Below, in pieces: positions 48,658-57,833 of a DNA stretch of 64,000 bases (positions within the stretch are counted from its first letter, which is position 1; the number at the start of each line of letters is the position of its first letter). This DNA comes from Flavobacteriales bacterium (GTDB lineage Bacteria > Bacteroidota > Bacteroidia > Flavobacteriales_F > PHOS-HE28): the NCBI GenBank assembly GCA_035325445.1, contig DAOKZW010000001.1:2000-65999 (forward strand), given 5' to 3'. A program made the position numbers and the translations under genes. The notes beneath the pieces are model-generated. The model was not told the origin of the DNA, did not search any database, and was given only the letters and a program-made list of their open reading frames with translations.

Positions 48658-49095
48658 GTGGCTACGAACATGAAACAGCTGACCACCCTGCTCTTTGCCT
48701 TTTGCACACTAGGCCTATCTGCACAAACCGGTGCAGTTTCCCCGCCCGCCAAAGGCAAGAAGACCGCCACCATCGCCATCCAGAGCACTGGCATCTGCGA
48801 TATGTGCGAGAAGACCATCGAGACCGAACTCGTCTATACCAAGGGCGTGAAGAAGGTGGATGTGGACCTCAGCACCGCTGCCGTGAGCGTGACCTACGAT
48901 CCGCGCAAGACCGACGCGGACAAATTGCGTGCAGCGCTCACCAAGCTGGGGTACTCCGCCGATGGCACACCCGGTGATGCAGCCGCCTTTGCCAAATTGC
49001 CCCAGTGCTGCCAGAATGAAGGCTGCGGCAAGTTGCCGGTGAAGCAATCAAGCTTCATTGGGCCATGCCGACGCAGGTGCGGCCATACTACGTAG
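48658..49095 (+). CDS. Heavy-metal-associated (HMA) domain lipoprotein / metallochaperone
   Basis: Signal peptide (LLFAFCTLGLSAQ), a ferredoxin-like HMA fold with the metal-binding site GICDMCE (CxxC) and a C-terminal Cys-rich tail (CCQNEGCGK...CRRRCGH). Confidence 0.7.
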   Translation: MATNMKQLTTLLFAFCTLGLSAQTGAVSPPAKGKKTATIAIQSTGICDMCEKTIETELVYTKGVKKVDVDLSTAAVSVTYDPRKTDADKLRAALTKLGYSADGTPGDAAAFAKLPQCCQNEGCGKLPVKQSSFIGPCRRRCGHTT

Positions 49096-49418
49096 CAGAG
49101 TTGCGCAAGAGCGAAGAGGCTCGCACGCTCGGCGATCTGCAACTCGAATGGCACCATCTCGAGCGGGCCCATATTCTCGGCCAGCGTTGGCCCTTGGAGC
49201 ACAACGCGGTGCATTGGCGCATGCTGAAGTTCGGGTTCCGTACCAAGAACATGCGCGAGATCATCGGACAGTTGCCGCGTCTGGTCTTCGGTGGGGTGAA
49301 GAGCTTCGTGGGCACGGTGCCGATCGGGAATACGGGCGGAGCGAATGTGCCGGCGCTGAAGCCGCTGGCGTTACCAGACGACCTAGCAGCGATACTCAAT
49401 GACACCTTTGCCGTGTGA
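49065..49418 (+). CDS. DUF3703 domain protein
   Basis: 117 aa with the characteristic blocks HLERAHILGQ and GNTGGANV. Confidence 0.55.
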   Translation: MPTQVRPYYVAELRKSEEARTLGDLQLEWHHLERAHILGQRWPLEHNAVHWRMLKFGFRTKNMREIIGQLPRLVFGGVKSFVGTVPIGNTGGANVPALKPLALPDDLAAILNDTFAV

Positions 49419-49473
49419 TCGATAGTGCGATCACCGTGTCCGAGAGTGAATGGAGTATCGGGCCCTTCGCGGG

Positions 49474-52400
49474 TCACATATTCCGCCGATACTGCCCCCC
49501 CACCTCGAACATCGCCGCAGTCAACTGCCCGAGCGAGCAATACTTCGTCGCCTCCATCAGCACGGCGAACATGTTCTCGTTCCGGATGGCCGCTTGCTGC
49601 AGGTCCTTGATCGCCTTCGCCGCTTCCGCGCTGTAGGCCGCGCGTAGGTTCTCCACCGTCGCAATCTGCGCTTCCTTCTCTTCCTCGGTGGCGCGGATCA
49701 CCTCCTTGGGCAATACCGTCGGTGAGCCCTTGCTGCTGAGGAAGGTGTTCACGCCGATGATCGGGTATTCGCCCGTGTGCTTGAGGGTCTCGTAGTACAA
49801 GCTCTCTTCTTGGATCCTGCTGCGTTGGTACATCGTTTCCATCGCTCCCAAGACACCACCGCGCTCCGTGATCCGGTCGAACTCGGTGAGCACGGCTTCT
49901 TCCACCAGGTCGGTGAGCTCTTCGATGATGAAGGAGCCTTGGAGCGGGTTCTCATTCTTGGCCAGGCCGAGCTCCTTGTTGATGATGAGCTGGATGGCCA
50001 TGGCGCGGCGCACGCTTTCCTCGGTGGGCGTGGTGATGGCCTCGTCGTAGGCGTTGGTGTGCAGGCTGTTGCAGTTGTCGTAAATGGCATACAGCGCCTG
50101 CAACGTGGTGCGGATGTCGTTGAAGTCGATCTCCTGCGCGTGGAGGCTGCGACCGCTGGTCTGGATGTGGTACTTCAGCATCTGGCTGCGCTCGTCGGCA
50201 CCATAGCGATGCTTGAGCGCCTTGGCCCAGAGGCGGCGCGCCACGCGGCCCATCACGGCGTACTCTGGGTCCATGCCGTTGCTGAAGAAGAAGCTCAGGT
50301 TGGGCGCGAACGCGTTGATGTCCATGCCCCGGCTGAGGTAGTACTCCACGTAGGTGAAGCCGTTGGCCAGGGTGAAGGCGAGCTGGCTGATGGGGTTGGC
50401 GCCGGCCTCCGCGATGTGGTAGCCGCTGATGCTGACGCTGTAGAAGTTGCGGACCTTCTTGTCGATGAAGTATTGCTGCACGTCACCCATCAAGCGCAGC
50501 GCGAACTCGGTGCTGAAGATGCAGGTGTTCTGCGCCTGGTCTTCCTTGAGGATGTCGGCCTGCACGGTGCCGCGGACCTGCTGGAGGGTGTCGGCTTTGA
50601 TCTTGGCGTAGACGTCGGCGGGCAACACCTGGTCGCCGGTGATGCCTAAGAGCATTAGTCCGAGACCGTTGTTTCCCTCCGGGATCTCGCCATGGTACTG
50701 GGGCCGCAAGCCGCTAGCTCCAAGCTTCAAGCTTGAGGCTTGTGGCTTATGGCTTGCTGCTCCCCATCGTGCAGCGATCTTCTTCTCCACCTCGGCCTCG
50801 AGCCCGTTGGCGCGGATGTACTTCTCGCAGTTCTGGTCGATGGCGGCGTTCATGAAGAAGCCGAGGAGCATGGGCGCGGGACCGTTGATGGTCATGCTCA
50901 CGCTGGTCTTGGGGTCGCTGAGGTCGAAGCCGCTGTAGAGCTTCTTGGCATCGTCCAGGCAGCAGATGCTCACACCGCTGTTGCCCACCTTGCCGTAGAT
51001 ATCGGGACGGCGGCCGGGATCGTTGCCGTAGAGCGTTACACTGTCGAAGGCGGTGCTGAGGCGCTTGGCGGGCATGCCCTGGCTCACGTAGTGGAAGCGC
51101 TTGTTGGTGCGCTCGGGGCCGCCCTCGCCGGCGAACATGCGCGCGGGGTCCTCGCCGGTACGCTTGAAGGGATAGATGCCGGCGGTGTAAGGGAAGAAGC
51201 CCGGCGTGTTCTCCTGCATCGCCCAGCGCACCTTGTCGCCCCAGCTGCGGAATTTGGGCAGGGCCACCTTGGGGATCTTCAGGTGGCTGAGGCTTTCGGT
51301 GTGGTTGGGCACCTTGATCTCCTTGCCGCGCACGGTGTAGGTGTAGAACTCGTCGCTGTACCGCTTCTCCTCGCTCTTCCAGTTGCTGAGCATGGCCCAG
51401 AGGTGGGGGTCGAGGTCTTTTTTGAGGTCGTGGAATCGAGCAGTCAAGGCTTCAAGCTCCGGGCCTCGGGCCGCAGGCTTCGCAGCCGGGCCCGTGGCCT
51501 GTGGCTTGTGGCCTGTGGCCTCTTCCAAGAGATCCGGCCCACCGAAGGTTAGCACCGCGGAATACAAGCCGTAGAGCTGGTCGGCGATGCGGGCCTGCTG
51601 GTCCACACGCTGGTCGTAGCGGCGGTTGTTCTCGCTGATCTCGCTGAGGTAGCGGGTGCGGGCCGGCGGGATGATCCACACCTTCTCGCTCATCTCGTCG
51701 TGGCCGTGGAACCGGCTGTGGAAGTCGGTGCCGGTCTTTTCGGCGATCGTCTTCATCAGCAGCGCGTACAGCTTGTTGGTGCCGGGGTCGTTGAACTGGC
51801 TGGCGATGGTGCCCACCACGGGGATGTCCTCGTCCTTGGCGTCGAAGAGCAGGTGGTTGCGCTTGAACTGCTTGCGCACGTCGCGCAGGGCGTCCTGGGC
51901 GCCGCGCTTGTCGAACTTGTTGATGGCCACCAGGTCGGCGTAGTCGAGCATGTCGATCTTTTCCAGCTGGGTGGCGGCGCCGAACTCGGGCGTCATCACG
52001 TAGAGGGCCACGTCGCTGTGGTCCATGATCTCGGTGTCGCCCTGGCCGATGCCGCTGGTCTCCAGCACGATCAGGTCGAAGCCTGCGGCGCGCAGCACTT
52101 GCAGGGCCTTGTCCACCTGGGCACTGAGGGAGAGGTTGCTGCCGCGCGTGGCCATGCTGCGCATGTAAACCCGCTCGCCGCGGATGCTGTTCATGCGGAT
52201 GCGGTCGCCCAGCAGGGCCCCGCCGGTCTTGCGCTTGCTGGGGTCCACGCTGATGATGCCGATGGTCTTGTCCGGCTGATCGAGCAGGAAGCGCCGCAGC
52301 AGCTCATCCACCGTGCTGCTCTTGCCCGCGCCGCCTGTGCCGGTGATGCCCAGCACCGGGGCCTTGTTCTTGTCGGCCAGCTTCTTCAGCTCCGCCTCCG

Positions 52401-52953
52401 CCTTGCTGAACACGTCGGGATGGTTCTCGGCCACGCTGATCAGACGCGCGATGGCCGTCCAGTTCGTGGTGTCCAGCTTCTTCACCTCGCCATTCAGCCG
52501 GTCGCTCAGGTCCACGTCGACCTGCTGCACCATGTCGTTGATCATGCCTTGCAGGCCCAAGGCACGGCCGTCATCGGGGTGGTAGATGCGCGTGATGCCG
52601 TAGGCCTCCAGGTCCTTGATCTCGCTGGGCAAGATGGTGCCGCCGCCCCCGCCGAAGATCTTGATGTGGCCCGCGCCCTTCTCCTTCAGCAGATCGAACA
52701 TGTACTTGAAGTACTCGTTGTGCCCGCCCTGGTAGCTGGTCATGGCGATGGCGTGGGCATCCTCCTGGATGGCGGTATTGACCACCTCGGCCACGCTGCG
52801 GTCGTGCCCCAGGTGGATCACCTCCACGCCGGTGCCTTGCAGGATGCGGCGCATGATGTTGATGGCCACGTCGTGCCCATCGAAAAGGCTGCCGGCGGTG
52901 ACCACGCGGATCTTGTTCTTGGGGATGTAGGGTGCTGCTACGGCTGTTGACAT
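49474..52953 (-). CDS. icmF: Fused isobutyryl-CoA mutase IcmF (B12-binding domain + MeaB-like G-protein chaperone + mutase substrate-binding barrel)
   Basis: 1159 aa. The N-terminal cobalamin-binding domain has DxHxxG ([10 protein letters not shown]). The central MeaB GTPase has P-loop [12 protein letters not shown] and an NKxD-like NKFD. The C-terminal part is a methylmalonyl-CoA-mutase-like TIM barrel ([15 protein letters not shown]...). Confidence 0.9.
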   Translation of the reverse strand: MSTAVAAPYIPKNKIRVVTAGSLFDGHDVAINIMRRILQGTGVEVIHLGHDRSVAEVVNTAIQEDAHAIAMTSYQGGHNEYFKYMFDLLKEKGAGHIKIFGGGGGTILPSEIKDLEAYGITRIYHPDDGRALGLQGMINDMVQQVDVDLSDRLNGEVKKLDTTNWTAIARLISVAENHPDVFSKAEAELKKLADKNKAPVLGITGTGGAGKSSTVDELLRRFLLDQPDKTIGIISVDPSKRKTGGALLGDRIRMNSIRGERVYMRSMATRGSNLSLSAQVDKALQVLRAAGFDLIVLETSGIGQGDTEIMDHSDVALYVMTPEFGAATQLEKIDMLDYADLVAINKFDKRGAQDALRDVRKQFKRNHLLFDAKDEDIPVVGTIASQFNDPGTNKLYALLMKTIAEKTGTDFHSRFHGHDEMSEKVWIIPPARTRYLSEISENNRRYDQRVDQQARIADQLYGLYSAVLTFGGPDLLEEATGHKPQATGPAAKPAARGPELEALTARFHDLKKDLDPHLWAMLSNWKSEEKRYSDEFYTYTVRGKEIKVPNHTESLSHLKIPKVALPKFRSWGDKVRWAMQENTPGFFPYTAGIYPFKRTGEDPARMFAGEGGPERTNKRFHYVSQGMPAKRLSTAFDSVTLYGNDPGRRPDIYGKVGNSGVSICCLDDAKKLYSGFDLSDPKTSVSMTINGPAPMLLGFFMNAAIDQNCEKYIRANGLEAEVEKKIAARWGAASHKPQASSLKLGASGLRPQYHGEIPEGNNGLGLMLLGITGDQVLPADVYAKIKADTLQQVRGTVQADILKEDQAQNTCIFSTEFALRLMGDVQQYFIDKKVRNFYSVSISGYHIAEAGANPISQLAFTLANGFTYVEYYLSRGMDINAFAPNLSFFFSNGMDPEYAVMGRVARRLWAKALKHRYGADERSQMLKYHIQTSGRSLHAQEIDFNDIRTTLQALYAIYDNCNSLHTNAYDEAITTPTEESVRRAMAIQLIINKELGLAKNENPLQGSFIIEELTDLVEEAVLTEFDRITERGGVLGAMETMYQRSRIQEESLYYETLKHTGEYPIIGVNTFLSSKGSPTVLPKEVIRATEEEKEAQIATVENLRAAYSAEAAKAIKDLQQAAIRNENMFAVLMEATKYCSLGQLTAAMFEVGGQYRRNM

Positions 52954-53115
52954 GCCGCGAAGATATTGAGGACCCGGGTGAACGGCGGTCGGCGACGGAT
53001 GACCGGCGATGAGGCCGCATGAATGAGCTAGGAGCTAACCATCGTCTCTCCGAAGGGCTTTGGCCGTCTTGTCCCACCCGGCATCGCACCGGGCGGGGCT
53101 TCCATCCAGTAAAGA

Positions 53116-53946
53116 TCAATCCGTGCCCATCCCGAGATGCCGGGCCATTGACTTCCTATAGATCTCGGCCAGGTCGGTTCCATCAGCCTGTCTCACCAAC
53201 AGGTACGGCTTGAACCAATAGGGGACGTGTTGCGCCTGTATGGTCCACTCAGCACCGGACCTGGTACGTTTCATCTCGCAGAACAGACGTGCTGCACCAT
53301 GCTGCGAATTGTCCCACAGGTACGCATGATAGGCCAACTCCAGGGCCTCGGCCAAATGGCCCATTGTTCGGTGGTAGCGGCTGATGATCTTGTCCTTCGG
53401 AACGTCATGTCCTCCCTGTTTCACCCGGATCTCCTTCACCCGTTGCACATTGATCGCGGGATCTTCAGTGGACACGAAGTACAAGTACACCTTATATCCC
53501 AGATCCCGCGCCCTTCGCATCAGTTCCAGTTTGCCCCGGTGGCTGAACACCGTCTCGAACGAGAATTTGATCTTGGCCTTCAGCAATTCGTCATAAAGGA
53601 ACTGCGCCACCAACTGTGCCGCCCGGTCCTTTGGCAGGGGCGCCCGGGCACGCACCATTCCAGGTTTCCAGATCATGCCCTTGGCCAATGCCGTCCGGGT
53701 CAGCTGGCCGTCCAACAGTCCCGACCCTTCCGCGAACGTCAGGAACCTCCCGCCATCGAGATCCAACCCGAACGGCGTCAGGTCATATCCCCGGCCCAGG
53801 GCGCGGGCTATATCGTCCGCATTGATGTAAACCCCGAAATCCACCGGGCGTCCGTTCACTTTGGCTTTTCTTACCTCCTCGATGATCGTGGTCTTCCCCG
53901 ACCCGTTGGGCCCGGCAAAAACGCGCATGCGCAACGATTCCGCCAT
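53116..53946 (-). CDS. Zeta-toxin family P-loop kinase (PezT/zeta-like toxin)
   Basis: Walker A FAGPNGSGKTT at the N-terminus. Its length and downstream blocks are consistent with zeta toxin/UNAG-kinase fold proteins. Confidence 0.7.
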   Translation of the reverse strand: MAESLRMRVFAGPNGSGKTTIIEEVRKAKVNGRPVDFGVYINADDIARALGRGYDLTPFGLDLDGGRFLTFAEGSGLLDGQLTRTALAKGMIWKPGMVRARAPLPKDRAAQLVAQFLYDELLKAKIKFSFETVFSHRGKLELMRRARDLGYKVYLYFVSTEDPAINVQRVKEIRVKQGGHDVPKDKIISRYHRTMGHLAEALELAYHAYLWDNSQHGAARLFCEMKRTRSGAEWTIQAQHVPYWFKPYLLVRQADGTDLAEIYRKSMARHLGMGTD

Positions 53947-53950
53947 GGAC

Positions 53951-54172
53951 TCAGGCTGCGGGCAACTGGATCCGCCGCACCTTCCTCCGCACCTTGCCGT
54001 CCTTATCCACCTTCACCAACCAACCATCCTGCACCACCAGCAATGTTTCCACCACTTCAAAAGCTGCTTTGCTGGCCGCTTCGGTAGCCACAACCGATGC
54101 CTTTCGCAACGCCTTGCTCGTCAATGGAGCCTTGGTCATTTTCTTCTTTGCACCGTTATTCTTGGTTGGCAT
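53951..54172 (-). CDS. Small basic protein immediately upstream of the zeta-toxin gene (candidate antitoxin)
   Basis: 73-aa ORF ending 4 nt before the toxin start. Lys/Ala-rich N-terminus. No recognisable family. Confidence 0.3.
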   Translation of the reverse strand: MPTKNNGAKKKMTKAPLTSKALRKASVVATEAASKAAFEVVETLLVVQDGWLVKVDKDGKVRRKVRRIQLPAA

Positions 54173-54373
54173 GAGGTAAAGATACGACGGCCGGTGGGCA
54201 CTTGCACCCCTCCTTTATGGCCGTGCCATCACGACAGTGGACGTGCGCCGGTGGCTGGGCAGCATGACTTACCACGATCGCATACCCCTGATGCTTGCCT
54301 TTAACGCTCCTTCGGGCTCCAAGCAAAACGCTTCACCGTGGCTACCAGTCCACCGACTTATCCAGCGGCAATC

Positions 54374-54919
54374 TTAAGCCGCCGCCTGTGCCGGCTCCAG
54401 CAACCGGGCCACCTCGTACGGTACCGCCCCGGCTATGCTGCCACGTTCCTTGGCCAATTGGCCCGCCAAGTTGGCCTGCGTCATGCCGGCGGCCACCTTT
54501 TGGCCCAGCCCGCGCATCACCATGGCGCCCGCCAAGCCCAGCAAGGGCGCGGTGTTGTTCGGCTTCACGCCGGAAAACTGCTGGATCAGCGCCTGCACGC
54601 GCCCGGCATCGTTGCCGAAGAGCGAGCTGATCAGCTCCTTGGCCGGATTGCCGGCATCACCGGCACCCAGCTTCTTGGCATCGATCAGCGCGTTCAGGTC
54701 CTTCAGCGCCGGGTTGGATGCCCCTTCCTTGAGCATGTTGTACACGGCGCCCATCGCTTGGCTGTCCGTGCTCTTGTGCGCCAAGGCCGCCATCACCGTG
54801 GGGATCAGCCCTGCCATGGCACGGCCGGTGGTCGTGTGGCTCTGGCCAAGCCCGATGGCCAGCCGCTGCATCAATCCCAAGCTCCACTGTGCTTCAACGG
54901 AATCCAGAAGGTCGCTCAT
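54374..54919 (-). CDS. DUF937 domain protein
   Basis: ~180-aa Ala/Gly-rich helical protein with DUF937-like blocks (MSDLLDSVEAQ..., GLIPTVMAAL, SLFGNDAG). The assignment is tentative. Confidence 0.35.
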   Translation of the reverse strand: MSDLLDSVEAQWSLGLMQRLAIGLGQSHTTTGRAMAGLIPTVMAALAHKSTDSQAMGAVYNMLKEGASNPALKDLNALIDAKKLGAGDAGNPAKELISSLFGNDAGRVQALIQQFSGVKPNNTAPLLGLAGAMVMRGLGQKVAAGMTQANLAGQLAKERGSIAGAVPYEVARLLEPAQAAA

Positions 54920-55053
54920 CACGCTATCGGCTTTTTCAACTGTTGCGAATGTATCCCTTCCGGACATTGGGCAAGTCATTCCAACGTCAACTTGCCGGGG
55001 CAGGCAGCATTCCTGTTTTCTTCAGCGTCAACCCTTTTTGATACCTTGAACCC

Positions 55054-55902
55054 ATGAACCGGCTTTTCGTGCTGACGTTCGCCCTGCCACTGTCCTTCGC
55101 CGCTGCGGCCCAAAGCTGGTGCCCGCCAGGTGCCACGTGGACCTACGAGGCCGGATTGTTTGTCGCCGGTTTCCAGCGCATGACCTACACGCATGACACG
55201 ATCATCGCTGGCCACACGGCCCATGTGATCGACCGTTATGTTGCCATCCAGTATCCGCTTCCACCACCGGACTATGGCTTTACAGAACCTTACATCGATC
55301 ACACTCCGGTGGCAGCGATCACCCAATTGGAGGATGATGTGGTCTACATCTTTTCGGGCACCGACCGGGACACCTTGTACTGGTTCGGCGCCTTGCCTGG
55401 GGACCATTGGTATCCCGCTTTCGTGGATGACCCCACCTGCCAACCGCTCACGGTGACGGACACCTCCACCACCGTGGTCGATGGAGTGCCGTTGCGCACG
55501 CTCAACGTGTCCGGGGTCACGGTCATGGAGCGGATCGGCTGCACCTGGGACATGTTCATGTACTGCCCCAACTGGATCATTGATGGCCCCATGGGCATGC
55601 GCTGCTACAGCGATGCGGAGATCGAGTTCAGCTTGGTGGCCGGGGAATGCGAACTACTCATGGGTGTGCCTGAGGCAGAGCGATCGCATATCGCCCTTTA
55701 CCCCAACCCCGGCACCAACCAATTGATACTTCAACTTCCACCCGGCACGTTCAAGATCCAGATCCGCGATGCCTTGGGGCGCATGATCTGCCAAACTAAG
55801 GCAGCGGGATCACCCATCGAGATCGATACGGGCGCATGGCCCAGTGGCCTGTATCTGGTGCATGTGGATGGTCAGCCCGCGCAACGCTGGGTGAAGGAGT
55901 GA
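55054..55902 (+). CDS. T9SS type A CTD cargo protein (paralog 1)
   Basis: Signal peptide, the conserved N-terminal block QSWCPPGATWTYE, and a CTD (ALYPNPGTNQLILQLPPGTFKIQIRDALGRMI...GLYLVHVDGQPAQRWVKE). Confidence 0.6.
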   Translation: MNRLFVLTFALPLSFAAAAQSWCPPGATWTYEAGLFVAGFQRMTYTHDTIIAGHTAHVIDRYVAIQYPLPPPDYGFTEPYIDHTPVAAITQLEDDVVYIFSGTDRDTLYWFGALPGDHWYPAFVDDPTCQPLTVTDTSTTVVDGVPLRTLNVSGVTVMERIGCTWDMFMYCPNWIIDGPMGMRCYSDAEIEFSLVAGECELLMGVPEAERSHIALYPNPGTNQLILQLPPGTFKIQIRDALGRMICQTKAAGSPIEIDTGAWPSGLYLVHVDGQPAQRWVKE

Positions 55903-55974
55903 ACTGCAATCCTGGAGCGAGGGCGGTCAACAAAATGAACTTGAAACCTGTCTGTATTCAAACGAACTGATGCC

Positions 55975-56826
55975 ATGGCCCGACCGATCACTCTTCTCGT
56001 CTTGCTGTTGCTCGTCTTTCCCCTTCAGGCCCAGAACTGGTGCCCACCGGGCGCCACCTGGACCTATACATATACCGATGGCTGGATCTTTAACGGACAT
56101 GCCCGCTTCGAGTACGCGGGTGATACCCTTATTGACGGGGAAACCTGCCAGCGGATCGACCAATACTCCGAGGCTTGGAATTTCATCTTCGATACGCTGA
56201 TGGTCAGCCACGAACCCGCCGCGCTCATCACAAAGGTTGAAGGCGACCTGGTGAGCATCCTCACCGAAACGGGCTTCGACACACTCTATTGGTTCGGGGC
56301 CAACCCCGGCGACCATTGGTACGTGGCCATGCCGTACGCCATGGAGCCCCTGATGCGGTTCGACATCACCGATACCGGTACCGTGGTGATCGATGGCCTG
56401 CCGTTGCGTTACGTGGCCGCCGGGCCCGATACGATGGTGGAACGGCTCGGCTCGCTCTCCAACTTCATGCTGCCGTGGAACGCGGCATTGATCGACCACG
56501 GCACCCGCCCCTTGCCCTGTTATGCGGATGCGACGATCCGCTTCCCCGCCCCGTGGAGGCCCTTCGGATGCGCCAGCGGAATGGGCATCGACAACACCGC
56601 CAATGGACCGCGCATGTCCCTCTCCCCCAATCCCGGCCGTGACCTGTTGGTGATCCAGCTTCCGCCCGGTACGCACACAATCCATGTCCATGATGCTTTG
56701 GGGCGAATGGTGTTTCATACCGGGGTGGTTGGATCACGCATCGAGGTTGATACGGGCGCATGGCCCCAAGGTCTCTACATGGTACAGGTTGATGGACGGC
56801 CCGCGCAACGCTGGGTGAAAGAGTGA
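55975..56826 (+). CDS. T9SS type A CTD cargo protein (paralog 2)
   Basis: Collinear with paralog 1 (QNWCPPGATWTYTY...LSPNPGRDLLVIQLPPGTHTIHVHDALGRMV...GLYMVQVDGRPAQRWVKE). Confidence 0.6.
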   Translation: MARPITLLVLLLLVFPLQAQNWCPPGATWTYTYTDGWIFNGHARFEYAGDTLIDGETCQRIDQYSEAWNFIFDTLMVSHEPAALITKVEGDLVSILTETGFDTLYWFGANPGDHWYVAMPYAMEPLMRFDITDTGTVVIDGLPLRYVAAGPDTMVERLGSLSNFMLPWNAALIDHGTRPLPCYADATIRFPAPWRPFGCASGMGIDNTANGPRMSLSPNPGRDLLVIQLPPGTHTIHVHDALGRMVFHTGVVGSRIEVDTGAWPQGLYMVQVDGRPAQRWVKE

Positions 56827-56840
56827 ACTACCTTCACACC

Positions 56841-57704
56841 ATGCGATCCCGCACACTCCGCATTTCATCCGTGTTGTTTGCTGGCTGCACGGCCCTGTTC
56901 CTCACCGCCCAGATCCCCAACGGCGGCTTCGAGGATTGGGTGGACCACGGCAACTACACGGAACCCGCCGGATGGCTCACCTACAACGACGTACCCACAG
57001 TAGGCGGCCCCACGGTGGAACAAGGCACGCCGGGCCACCCCGGAAACTTCCATGCAGCGATCACCACGCGCCAGTCGCCGGGCGGCATCATGGCGATCCA
57101 AGGATGGATCTCCGCAGGGACCTCGTCCGACCATGCCGGGTTCCCCTTCACCCAGCGCCCGGCCGCTCTTACGGGGCAGTGGCAATACAATGCCGCGGCC
57201 GGTGATAGCGTCCAAGTGCTGGTGGCACTCAGCAAGTGGAACGGTACCGGCACGACCATGGTAGGCCAAGGCTCTTGGGCCGTCACAGGTGCCATCAACG
57301 GCTGGGAGCCATTCTCGGTCCCGATCATCTATTTCAACAATGAGGTGCCTGACACGGCGTACATCCAGATCGTTTCCAGCATCGACTTCGGCGCACCGGT
57401 GGTAGGTAGCACGCTGCGAGTGGACGACCTGGCGTTTTCCGGTGTGGCCGGCGTGGAGGGCCTTGGTGGCCTGCCCGATCTACACGTGTTGATCACTTCC
57501 CACGCCGACCGGATGTCGGTGAACGTTCCGCAGCCGGGCCTCTTTGAGCTTCTCGATATCACCGGACGCCGGTTGACGGCCCTTCACATCCCGCAGGCCA
57601 CCACCACCCTGAACGTGGGGCACCTCCCTCCGGGGGTGCTGTTGTACCGCTTCACCAGCGACCACGGGCAGCAAGTGGTGGCCGGAAAGTGGGTGAAAGA
57701 GTGA
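56841..57704 (+). CDS. T9SS type A CTD cargo protein (third member, KWVKE tail)
   Basis: Signal peptide (MRSRTLRISSVLFAGCTALFLTAQ) and a CTD ending LLYRFTSDHGQQVVAGKWVKE. It overlaps the upstream stop by 4 nt. Confidence 0.55.
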   Translation: MRSRTLRISSVLFAGCTALFLTAQIPNGGFEDWVDHGNYTEPAGWLTYNDVPTVGGPTVEQGTPGHPGNFHAAITTRQSPGGIMAIQGWISAGTSSDHAGFPFTQRPAALTGQWQYNAAAGDSVQVLVALSKWNGTGTTMVGQGSWAVTGAINGWEPFSVPIIYFNNEVPDTAYIQIVSSIDFGAPVVGSTLRVDDLAFSGVAGVEGLGGLPDLHVLITSHADRMSVNVPQPGLFELLDITGRRLTALHIPQATTTLNVGHLPPGVLLYRFTSDHGQQVVAGKWVKE

Positions 57705-57793
57705 GGGATCGGCCATAGGGCAAAGGGAACGGCCCTCGGCGCCGGTTGCGGTCCGATGTTCACCTGCCGATGTGTTCCAGAGGTGAATAACAA

Positions 57794-57824
57794 TTGCCCA
57801 TCGGGCGATCTGCCCATTGGGCAA
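57794..57824. promoter_or_regulatory. Palindromic candidate operator upstream of the WYL regulator gene
   Basis: TTGCCCA-N17-TGGGCAA, with an internal direct half-site repeat (TGCCCATCGGG / TGCCCATTGGG), 10-40 nt upstream of the WYL gene start codon. Confidence 0.4.
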
Positions 57825-57833
57825 ATTGCTTAA

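Noticed and set aside
51440-51530. Short tandem repeats (CTGTGGC x3 at ~51500; HindIII-containing near-palindrome CAAGCTTCAAGCTTGAGGCTTG at ~50715) considered as CRISPR or other repeat arrays
   Set aside because: Both lie inside icmF inter-domain linker coding sequence and encode low-complexity HKPQA...-type linkers. There is no repeat-spacer periodicity, and no CRISPR array exists anywhere in the window.
33695-52953. Diversity-generating retroelement (template repeat / variable repeat) explanation for the repeated icmF 3' ends
   Set aside because: No reverse transcriptase or accessory variability determinant is present anywhere in the window. The repeats are ~1.1 kb, far longer than DGR TR/VR pairs, and they differ by scattered substitutions rather than adenine-specific changes.
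52954-53115. Possible cobalamin riboswitch in the 5' leader of icmF
   Set aside because: A GGAAGCC...GGTGCGATGCCGGG stretch is vaguely B12-element-like, but the B12 box (GCCACTG) and the conserved pairing could not be found. The region also overlaps the terminator side of the zeta-toxin gene.
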